From assembly GCA_038062955.1 (NCBI GenBank), contig JBBTWE010000001.1:182304-246303 (forward strand): 64,000 nucleotides of DNA, given 5' to 3'. The notes under the pieces were generated by a model, which saw only the letters and a program-made list of their open reading frames with translations, had not been told where the DNA came from and ran no database searches. This stretch comes from Patescibacteria group bacterium (lineage in GTDB: Bacteria; Patescibacteriota; Minisyncoccia; Phycocordibacterales; BOKC01). Position numbers and translations under genes: made by a program. Positions 55,948 through 64,000 of the stretch are shown here, one piece after another (within the stretch, counting starts at the first letter, position 1; the number at the start of each line of letters is the position of its first letter).

Positions 55948-57225
55948 TTACTCAATTTTGTCGCGGAGGTTGCGGTGGTAATTGATAGCAAACCTATGCG
56001 CTTCGAGGTTAGACAACAAGATTTCTTGTTCGTACTTTTCTATAAGAGCAGGGTCTCCTAGAATCATTTTTTGTTTGTGTCTTTCGTCCTTGGTAACTGC
56101 AACTACAGGAATAGTCAGCTTTTCTTCTTCGAGTACCGCTTCTATCGCATTTTTTTGGGCCACAGCTCCATCCACAACGATTAAATTCGGTAACAACCAT
56201 TCTTTATGTCCAAGCCTCCTTTTTAGGATTTCTTTTAATGCAGCCACATCATTAATCCCTGGATTTATTTTGATTTTGAATTTGCGGTAGTCAGATTTTT
56301 TGAGTCTTTTGCCTTCTACAACAACCATCGCTCCGACAACGTGGGTACCCATAATATGTGCAATGTCATAACTTTCGATTCGAAATTCTTTTTCCATGGT
56401 GCCGAGAGTTTCTATACTACTTGTCGTAAAATCTCTATTTATTAAAGAAACATCCTGAATATGCTTTAGGGCAAAAATCTTGTTCCTAATAATTTGTGCT
56501 TCTTCAAATTTCTCTTCTTTGGCAAGTTGCGACATCTGTTTCTCAAGATTCTTCAAAAGCTTCTTTTTCTGCCCAGAAAGAAATAATTTGATGTTTTTTA
56601 CCGTTTCTCCGTAGAATTTTTTATCGATTTCGCCACTACAAACCCCAGGACAAAGACCGAGTTGTCGCATAAAACATGGTTTAGAACTTTTTTTGCTTGC
56701 AGGAGTACATTTATCTCTAAAAGGAAAAATTTTTCTGATAATTTTTAAGGCTACTTTCAATAATTGACCTTGAGGAAAAGGACCGAAAATAGAGCTAATG
56801 AATAATGCTTCAGAATTAAGATTTAAGATATTTTTTGAAAAATTAATATCTTTTTGACGAACAATTAAAACTCGCGGAAATTCTTCTTTGGTAATGACAA
56901 CACAGTTAAAGCTTTTTCCATCTTTTTCAGCCGTATTGTATTTTGGCTGATGTCGTTTTATGAGAGCCGCTTCAAGAATCAAAGCTTCAAGACTTGAATC
57001 TGTAATTCTGTGGTTTATTTTTCTAATTTTTTGAACCATATCCAAAATCAAAGGATTCCTGGAATCTTCTAAATTTTTAGCAAAATAACTTCTGACTCGA
57101 TTCTTAAGGGAAGCCGCCTTTCCAATATAAAGAATCTCGTTGTTTTTTCCCAAGAAAAAATAGACACCGGGAGAAGCCGGGAGTTTACTTTTGGTTAGCA
57201 AGTTTGAAAAATTTATTTTTTCCAT
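55948..57225 (-). CDS. uvrC: Excinuclease ABC subunit C (short form)
   Basis: PGVY, YIGKA..L.NRV.SYF, RIESYDIAH, VDG and EAHRFAI. Confidence 0.92.
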   Translation of the reverse strand: MEKINFSNLLTKSKLPASPGVYFFLGKNNEILYIGKAASLKNRVRSYFAKNLEDSRNPLILDMVQKIRKINHRITDSSLEALILEAALIKRHQPKYNTAEKDGKSFNCVVITKEEFPRVLIVRQKDINFSKNILNLNSEALFISSIFGPFPQGQLLKVALKIIRKIFPFRDKCTPASKKSSKPCFMRQLGLCPGVCSGEIDKKFYGETVKNIKLFLSGQKKKLLKNLEKQMSQLAKEEKFEEAQIIRNKIFALKHIQDVSLINRDFTTSSIETLGTMEKEFRIESYDIAHIMGTHVVGAMVVVEGKRLKKSDYRKFKIKINPGINDVAALKEILKRRLGHKEWLLPNLIVVDGAVAQKNAIEAVLEEEKLTIPVVAVTKDERHKQKMILGDPALIEKYEQEILLSNLEAHRFAINYHRNLRDKIE

Positions 57226-57248
57226 ACCGTATATCAAATACTGTGTAT

Positions 57249-59834
57249 CTACTTTGATTTCTTAAGTACTTTCTTCAAATATTGTCCGGTATAAGAATTT
57301 GTATTTCCAGCAACTTCTTCAGGGGTGCCTCGAGCGATAATTTTTCCTCCTTTTTCTCCTCCTTCTGGGCCAATATCAATTAAGTAATCACAGCTTTTGA
57401 TAAAATCCATGTTGTGTTCAATGACAATTACAGTATTTCCTTTGTCTACCAATTTTTGCAGAATTTCTATGAGTTTCTTAACGTCTTCATAATGAAGCCC
57501 AATTGTCGGCTCATCTAAAAGGTAAATAGTCTTCTGTAAGTGTGGCTTATAAAGCTCAGAAGAGATTTTAATTCTTTGAGCTTCCCCACCAGAGAGAGTT
57601 GTAGCTGATTGGCCGAGCTCTAAATAATCCAAGCCCACTTCCTGCATGGTTTTTAATCTGTCGGAAATCGCTGGGATATCCTGAAAGAAATTTAAAGCCT
57701 CTTCAACGGTCATTTGGAGCACATCGTATATATTTTTCTTTTTATACTTTACTTCGAGAGTCTCTTTCATGAATCTTTTACCGTTGCAGACATCACAAGT
57801 AACATAAACTGTTGGTAAAAAGTGCATTTCAACTTCAATCATGCCATTTCCTCCACAAGCCTCACATCTACCACCTTTGACGTTGAAAGAAAATCGGCTA
57901 GCAGTCCATCCACGAGATCTTGCATCAACTGTTTCTGCAAAAATTTCTCGAATGAAAGTGAAAGCCCCCGTGTAAGTTGCAGGGTTTGATCTTGGAGTGC
58001 GTCCGATTGGCGACTGTTCAATCAATATTGCGCGGGTTAAGTATTCCGAACCAGAAAAAGACTCGCAGTTGAATGTTTCAGCGCTTCTATATCGTCTATC
58101 AAATCTAGCCTGTAAATTTTTATAAAGGATTTCATAAAGAAAAGATGATTTCCCAGAACCAGAAACTCCCGTGACACTGATAAGTTTCCCGAGAGGAATT
58201 TCAACATTCAAACCCTTTATATTAAAAATCTTTCCTCCTTTAATTGTGATTTTACCTTTCTGCGAATCTCTTCTTTCTGGTATGGCAATCATCTTGTCCC
58301 CTCTAAGATAGTCCAAAGTGACAGATCCGCTTTTATTTTTAGCGGCAGTAATAAGATCATCTAAATATCCAGCAACTACAATTTCTCCGCCGTGAACACC
58401 TGCTCCTGGACCAATGTCCACCAAAAAATCAGAAGAAAAAATAGTATCTTCATCGTGCTCCACGACAATTATAGTGTTACCTAAATCACGGAGGGTTTTA
58501 AGAGTAGCAATCAAACGATCGTTATCTCTCTGGTGTAAGCCAATTGTTGGCTCGTCCAGAACGTAGAGCGCTCCTACAAGGCCCGAGCCAAGTTGGGATG
58601 CAAGTCTAATTCTTTGCGCTTCTCCACCTGAAAGAGTGCCTGCTTTTCTGCTCAAAGTTAGATATTCGATGCCGACGTTTAGCATGAATTCAAGTCTTGC
58701 AGAGATTTCTTTTATGAGTGGCTCGGAAATACTTTTTTCTTTAGCGGTTAAATCAAGATTCTTAAAGAAATTAAAGCTGTCCGTGATGTTTAAATCCGTA
58801 ACGTCAATAATGTTTTTGTCATTGATTTTTACATTGAGCGCCTCTTCTCGAAGGCGGCGTCCGCGACACTTTGGACATTTTTCTTCACCCCAAAAATGTT
58901 TGGTTCCTAAACCATTACAATCTGGACACGCTCCATAAGGAGAGTTGAAAGAAAAGATTCTCGGTTCAATCTCTGGATAAGAATAGCCGTCGTTTGGACA
59001 AGAAAATTTTGAAGACCAAATATATTCTTGATTTTTCTCGTCGCTTTCGTTTACAAAAATAATTTTTACAAGCCCATTTGATTCTTCCAGCGCTTTTTCC
59101 AAGTCTTCCGCGAGACGCATCTCGGTATCCTTCACTTTTCCTTTGAAATCTTGAATATCGATCCGATCAACTAATACATCGATGTTGTGCTTAGTATTTT
59201 TCGACAAGAGTATTTGTTCCCGTAATTTTTTTCTCTCTCCATCAACTAAAACTTCGGAGTAACCCTTATTTAAAAAATCATATAGAAGCTGATAATATTC
59301 TCCCTTTCTACCTCTTACAACAGGAGAGAACATTTCGACGCTTTTGATATTTTCTTTATTTCGACTACTTGTTCTAACTTGTTTTAAAATCAATCCTTTG
59401 ATTTCTTCGTTCGAAACTTTTCTGATTATTTGTCCACAAGTAAGACAAAGTGGATGTCCAATTCTTGCGTAAAGAATCCTTAAATAATCATATATTTCTG
59501 TGATGGTTGCGACGGTTGAGCGTGGATTGCTTGAATGTGATTTTTGGTCAATCGAAATTGCGGGAGAAAGACCTGTTATCTCATCAACGTCTGGTTTCTG
59601 CATCTGTCTTAGAAATTGTCTTGCATAAGAAGACAAGGATTCAATGTAACGTCTTTGTCCTTCGGCAAAAATAGTATCAAACGCCAAAGAAGACTTTCCT
59701 GATCCAGAAAGTCCCGTGAAAGCGATAATTTTATTTCGAGGTAGCTCCAAACTGATATTTTTCAGATTGTGAGTTCTAGCCCCTTTTATAACGATTTTTT
59801 GAGCCCCATTTATATTTTCGTGTGGATTTGGCAT
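57249..59834 (-). CDS. uvrA: Excinuclease ABC subunit A
   Basis: GLSGSGKSSLAFDT, two LSGGEAQR motifs and zinc fingers. Confidence 0.97.
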   Translation of the reverse strand: MPNPHENINGAQKIVIKGARTHNLKNISLELPRNKIIAFTGLSGSGKSSLAFDTIFAEGQRRYIESLSSYARQFLRQMQKPDVDEITGLSPAISIDQKSHSSNPRSTVATITEIYDYLRILYARIGHPLCLTCGQIIRKVSNEEIKGLILKQVRTSSRNKENIKSVEMFSPVVRGRKGEYYQLLYDFLNKGYSEVLVDGERKKLREQILLSKNTKHNIDVLVDRIDIQDFKGKVKDTEMRLAEDLEKALEESNGLVKIIFVNESDEKNQEYIWSSKFSCPNDGYSYPEIEPRIFSFNSPYGACPDCNGLGTKHFWGEEKCPKCRGRRLREEALNVKINDKNIIDVTDLNITDSFNFFKNLDLTAKEKSISEPLIKEISARLEFMLNVGIEYLTLSRKAGTLSGGEAQRIRLASQLGSGLVGALYVLDEPTIGLHQRDNDRLIATLKTLRDLGNTIIVVEHDEDTIFSSDFLVDIGPGAGVHGGEIVVAGYLDDLITAAKNKSGSVTLDYLRGDKMIAIPERRDSQKGKITIKGGKIFNIKGLNVEIPLGKLISVTGVSGSGKSSFLYEILYKNLQARFDRRYRSAETFNCESFSGSEYLTRAILIEQSPIGRTPRSNPATYTGAFTFIREIFAETVDARSRGWTASRFSFNVKGGRCEACGGNGMIEVEMHFLPTVYVTCDVCNGKRFMKETLEVKYKKKNIYDVLQMTVEEALNFFQDIPAISDRLKTMQEVGLDYLELGQSATTLSGGEAQRIKISSELYKPHLQKTIYLLDEPTIGLHYEDVKKLIEILQKLVDKGNTVIVIEHNMDFIKSCDYLIDIGPEGGEKGGKIIARGTPEEVAGNTNSYTGQYLKKVLKKSK

Positions 59835-59939
59835 AAAATACAAAATAACCCCTTGGTTCGAGGTATATAGATGATATAGAGTATCACAGGATAAACTTAG
59901 GGCAAAGACTCAATTCCAAACATTGAATCGCACGTTCAT

Positions 59940-60350
59940 TTACATTTTCCTTCTTAGAATATTTTCAATTTCCGTAATAATATCCTGAAAACTTATTGCG
60001 GTTTTTATAAAATACTTTTCAACTCCAAGGGCAAAAGCTTTATCAATATTTTCTTGTCCGCCGACATTTGAAAGAATCATGACAGGTGTACTTTTTAGTC
60101 TCTCATCTTCTCTTATTTTCTCTAAAACTTTAAAACCACCCATTCCAGGAAGTAAGATATCTAAGATAATCAAATCAGGATTTTCCTCACCAACTACTTT
60201 CACAGCTTCTTCGCCTGTTGAAATAAATACTAAAGTGCAACCAGTTTCGCTCAAACGCTTGGTCATGAGGGCGCTAAAAAACTCGTCGTCCTCAATCCAC
60301 ATTATTTTCTTATGTAGAAAAAATTTATTTTGTTTTTTGGTATTTTCCAT
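59940..60350 (-). CDS. Single-domain response regulator
   Basis: WIEDD, ILDILLP and YFIK. Confidence 0.9.
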   Translation of the reverse strand: MENTKKQNKFFLHKKIMWIEDDEFFSALMTKRLSETGCTLVFISTGEEAVKVVGEENPDLIILDILLPGMGGFKVLEKIREDERLKSTPVMILSNVGGQENIDKAFALGVEKYFIKTAISFQDIITEIENILRRKM

Positions 60351-60380
60351 ATGGCTTACATTCTGAATTGTCTGGTTGTT

Positions 60381-61175
60381 CTAGGCTCTGGAAGCGGCTT
60401 GTTTATTAAGTAAAATCATCTGAATTTCTCGAACGATATCATCAAGTACAACGGTTGCTTTGGTTAAGAACCGATCGGCTCCCAAGATTTTAGTTTTTTC
60501 CATCTCATTATTTTGAGTGAAATTTGATAGAACAATGACAGGAATATCCTTTAACCCTGGATCTTTTTTGATATATTCCAAGACCTCAAAACCGCTTATC
60601 CCAGGCAAAAGCAAGTCTAAAAGTATCAAATCAGGTTTTTCTTTTTTCAAAAGTTCAAGGGCTTCTTCGCCTGTCCTACTAAAAAGCAATTTGCATTTTT
60701 GTTGAGTTAATTTTCGAGCAATTAAGTCACTTAAGAACTTATCGTCTTCCACCCACATTATTTTTTTGTCGACAAGCAGATTATTTTCTCTTGTTTTCCT
60801 TTCGGATATTGAAAGGACGCTCTTTATTTTAGTTATAACTTCTTCAGCATTGAATTGTGATTTTACTATGTAATCACGAACGCCCAAATCTAATACGTTT
60901 CTGATTTCTTCGGCGTCACCAGATGGAGAAATAATTATAATTGGGATTCCGGAAATTTCAGGATTCTCTTTCTTTTCTCGGAGAACTTTTAATGCGTTTA
61001 CTGACAAAAGCTCCATATCCAAAATGACCACTTCCGGTTTAAAAAGTTTCATCTGATCAATGGCCACTGCTCCATTATTGATATAAAGAGTTTCGTATCC
61101 TTCTTTTTTTACCTTTTCATTTATTATGTTCCCCAAAAAAAGGTCTTCTTCTATTACAATTAATATTTTAGACAT
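60381..61175 (-). CDS. Response regulator with two receiver domains
   Basis: Two tandem receiver motifs (ILDMEL and LLDLLLP); no output domain. Confidence 0.88.
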   Translation of the reverse strand: MSKILIVIEEDLFLGNIINEKVKKEGYETLYINNGAVAIDQMKLFKPEVVILDMELLSVNALKVLREKKENPEISGIPIIIISPSGDAEEIRNVLDLGVRDYIVKSQFNAEEVITKIKSVLSISERKTRENNLLVDKKIMWVEDDKFLSDLIARKLTQQKCKLLFSRTGEEALELLKKEKPDLILLDLLLPGISGFEVLEYIKKDPGLKDIPVIVLSNFTQNNEMEKTKILGADRFLTKATVVLDDIVREIQMILLNKQAASRA

Positions 61176-61246
61176 AAAATTAGGTTCTAGTAAATTAGGT
61201 GTCAGGTTTTTTGAGTTTCTATTTTCTCTTTATTTTATCGTGAAAA

Positions 61247-62680
61247 TCATGCGTTAGCAATTGGTAGTGTGAACATGAATTTTGTACCATGATTTTCTTG
61301 ACTTTCAAAGCTTATGTTTCCACCATGCTTTTCAATGATACTTTTTATTATAAACAATCCTAGACCGGTACCATTCGTCTCCAATTTGATCGCATTTTGA
61401 GCTCGAAAGAACTTTTTGAAAAGATTAGGCTGTTCACTTGTTGGAATGCCTATTCCATTATCTTCCACTGATACTTTTAATTTGTTGCCTTCTCGTAAAA
61501 TGATTATTTTAATCCAGCCATTCCTTTTTGAATATTTAACTGCGTTTTCTATCAAATTTTGAAAGACCGCTCTCATTTTTTGCGGATCGACGAAAGCTCT
61601 TGGTATATCTTTTTCTGATTGAACTTCAATCTTTATATTTTTTTTCTCAACAGGTGATCTGAAATCAGGAAGAATATTGGAAATCAAATCTAGCAAATTA
61701 ATTTCAACTGGAGAAAAATCTGCTGTCTTAAACTCCGCTTTGTCGGCGCCCAACATATCTTGGATTAAATTGATTATTCTTTCATTACTTTCGTATGTCT
61801 TTAAAAGAAGCATCCTTTGGTCAGTGTTTAGCTTGCCGCTTGATTCTTCAAGTAAAATGTTAAGTGTCCACTTTATGGCTGAAAGAGGTGTTCGGAGTTG
61901 GTGAGCAACAGTGGAGACGAAATCCCTTCTGTCCATATCCAGTTTGCTTATCTCGGCATTTTCTTTTTTGAGCTCTAAATCTTTTCTGACCAACCTTCTG
62001 GCAAATGAGTTATATTCTTCATTTAATAATTTCAATTTCTCGGATTGCAGCTGGGTCTGTCTCTTACTTTCTGAAAGCTGCATCTCTCTTTTTTTGAGTG
62101 CAGATGAAAGATATCCGGACAATGATCCGACAATGAAATAAACGGCCGTAATGACGACGGTTGTGGAGAGTTTAGATAAAAATTCTGCGTATTCCAACTT
62201 ACCTTGTCCGGAATAGCCAAAAATGTTCTGGACCATGCCATAATTTTCGAGTAGAAGGTAGCCGTTTATAAGTGATCCAGATACCAGGGCTATAAATAAA
62301 GACCCAAGCGGACTAAAAAGAATAATCGAGGAAACTATTGGAATAAAGAAGAAAATTGGAGCCACATTTTCGACACCGCCTGAAAAATGCAAAACTATCA
62401 TAAAGAAAGCTAGTTCCGCGAGTATCTGACAAGTTCCGAACAAATTGACCCACTTAACATTGTTTGCAAATTCTAATTTTTTTATAATAACCAGAAATAT
62501 GACGTTGATTAAAATAAATATTGAGAAGAGTAAAAGCATCATCGGTAAAGGGAAAACATTTTCTCCCAAAGGATCAAGTTTTGAAAGAAGGCCCATAGCA
62601 AAAATGGCCGGAGCATAAAACCACCGTGCCACAATGAGCCATTTATTGGCTTCGAACTTATTACTGTGAACCAATTTCAT
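61247..62680 (-). CDS. Membrane sensor histidine kinase
   Basis: About five TM helices, AHQLRTPL, NLIENAVKY, DNGIG and GTGLGL. Confidence 0.93.
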   Translation of the reverse strand: MKLVHSNKFEANKWLIVARWFYAPAIFAMGLLSKLDPLGENVFPLPMMLLLFSIFILINVIFLVIIKKLEFANNVKWVNLFGTCQILAELAFFMIVLHFSGGVENVAPIFFFIPIVSSIILFSPLGSLFIALVSGSLINGYLLLENYGMVQNIFGYSGQGKLEYAEFLSKLSTTVVITAVYFIVGSLSGYLSSALKKREMQLSESKRQTQLQSEKLKLLNEEYNSFARRLVRKDLELKKENAEISKLDMDRRDFVSTVAHQLRTPLSAIKWTLNILLEESSGKLNTDQRMLLLKTYESNERIINLIQDMLGADKAEFKTADFSPVEINLLDLISNILPDFRSPVEKKNIKIEVQSEKDIPRAFVDPQKMRAVFQNLIENAVKYSKRNGWIKIIILREGNKLKVSVEDNGIGIPTSEQPNLFKKFFRAQNAIKLETNGTGLGLFIIKSIIEKHGGNISFESQENHGTKFMFTLPIANA

Positions 62681-62730
62681 ATTACGATTATATCAGAAGA
62701 CGATAAACTTTTATTTTATTGTTGTGGATA

Positions 62731-64000
62731 CTAATTTGTGGTTTTTTTCTTTTTCTTTAGTAAAAACTTTATCTCATCTCTAAGTATTGCGGCTGTTTCA
62801 AAATCTAGAGATTTAACAGCCTCGTTCATTTGTTTTTCTTTCTCTCTGATTAGTTTTTTGCTATTACCTTTATAGATGCCTCCGTCCATATTAGCCAATG
62901 ATTCAACAGCCTTTTGACGTTCCCTTTCGGCTTGTCCGATAGATTCTCCAACTTTTTTTATAATAGTTTGCGGAGTTATATTGTTTTTTAAATTGTGAGC
63001 AGTTTGAATTTGTCGCCTTCTTTCTGTTTCGTGGATGGCGTGTTTTAGTGAGTCTGTAATTTTATCAGCGTACAAAATAACTTTTCCATCAATGTTCCTA
63101 GCCGCTCTTCCGATAGTTTGAATAAGCGAGGTTTCACTTCGCAGGAATCCTTCCTTGTCCGCGTCTAAAATTCCGATTAAAGTTACTTCCGGCAAATCCA
63201 AACCCTCTCTTAAAAGATTCACCCCAACCAAACAGTCAAACTTCCCTCTTCTAAAATCATTCAGAATTTCTATTCGTTCCATTGTTTTAATATCGCTATG
63301 CAAAAATTCTGCTTTTACTCCTCGTTCCTTGAGAAATTCGCTTAATTCCTCGGCCATTTTTTTTGTAAGAGTTGTTGTGAGCACTCTCCCGCCTTTTTTT
63401 ATCGCTTTTAGAGCTTCCTCGATAAAATCAAAAACCTGACCGCCTCTTTTTGCATTTTTCTTGCCAGGAACTTCTATTTTTTCGGATATTGGTCGCACTT
63501 CCAAGAGTGGATCAATCAGTCCTGTTGGTCGAATAATCTGCTCAACTATTTTCTGGCTTTTTTCCCTTTCAAAATTTCCCGGGGTTGCTGAAGTAAAAAT
63601 AGCCTGACCAATCCTTTCTTCAAATTCCTTAAAATTAAGAGGTCTATTGTCACGAGCCGACGGTAAACGGAAACCATGATCTATAAGATTTTTCTTACGA
63701 GAAGCATCTCCTGCGTACATCCCGCCTATTTGGGGTATTGTTACGTGAGATTCATCTATAACAGTTAGAAAGCCTGGTTTTCCGTCTTTATCACGAGGAA
63801 AATAAGACAAGAGAGTATCCGGCGCATCCCCTGCGTTGCGCAAAGAAAGATGTCTTGAATAATTTTCAATGCCGTTACAGTAACCGACTTCTTTGAGTAA
63901 TGCCAAATCATAACCAGTTCTTCTCTTCAATCTGTCCGCCTCAAGCAATTTTCCCTCTTTGGTAAAATACTTCAGCTGTTCTTTAAGCTCGGCTTTTATG
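62731..64000 (-). CDS. uvrB: Excinuclease ABC subunit B; 5' end outside the window
   Basis: [29 protein letters not shown] and QTIGRAAR. Confidence 0.96.
   Translation of the reverse strand, partial: IKAELKEQLKYFTKEGKLLEADRLKRRTGYDLALLKEVGYCNGIENYSRHLSLRNAGDAPDTLLSYFPRDKDGKPGFLTVIDESHVTIPQIGGMYAGDASRKKNLIDHGFRLPSARDNRPLNFKEFEERIGQAIFTSATPGNFEREKSQKIVEQIIRPTGLIDPLLEVRPISEKIEVPGKKNAKRGGQVFDFIEEALKAIKKGGRVLTTTLTKKMAEELSEFLKERGVKAEFLHSDIKTMERIEILNDFRRGKFDCLVGVNLLREGLDLPEVTLIGILDADKEGFLRSETSLIQTIGRAARNIDGKVILYADKITDSLKHAIHETERRRQIQTAHNLKNNITPQTIIKKVGESIGQAERERQKAVESLANMDGGIYKGNSKKLIREKEKQMNEAVKSLDFETAAILRDEIKFLLKKKKKTTN

Noticed and set aside
308-63439. Numerous plus-strand ORFs overlapping housekeeping genes (e.g. 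1590-1985, 45358-45903, 50129-50611)
   Set aside because: They are antisense shadows of well-identified minus-strand genes and have no motifs of their own.
1-64000. Alternative genetic code (UGA read as Gly, as in Gracilibacteria/Absconditabacteria)
   Set aside because: Conserved genes translate full length under code 11, and TGA acts as a stop (e.g. mgtC, the histidine kinase).

Overview
A 64 kb chromosomal segment from an AT-rich, reduced-genome bacterium using the standard bacterial code. Gene content and style point to Patescibacteria/CPR, probably Parcubacteria (inference). The backbone is mostly on the minus strand: dnaK-grpE, infA-rpmJ-rpsM-rpsK-rpsD-rpoA-rplQ-rplM-rpsI, alaS, leuS, ychF, mltG, several DNA-repair genes (udg, ogt, tag, xseAB, uvrB/A/C), a sugar-phosphate cluster, a glycerate kinase-ppsA-eno-2-hydroxyacid dehydrogenase operon, ddl and a two-component system. 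It also holds three tRNA-Ala genes and a probable 6S RNA. No integrase, transposase, prophage or CRISPR array is visible. The most striking unexplained pattern is about 18 small GC-rich transcription units scattered between AT-rich host genes. Most carry their own sigma70 promoter, a boxA-like GTTC(T/A)TT leader motif, a strong Shine-Dalgarno site and a terminator, and some terminators are shared between units; many host genes instead look leaderless. A second layer is a set of small non-coding repeats: a CCCGTAG...CTACGGG miniature element that inserts into and regenerates start codons, inverted heptamer arrays, 20-bp palindromes, an in-frame palindromic extension of enolase, and scars at ychF, tRNA-Ala(GGC) and tag.
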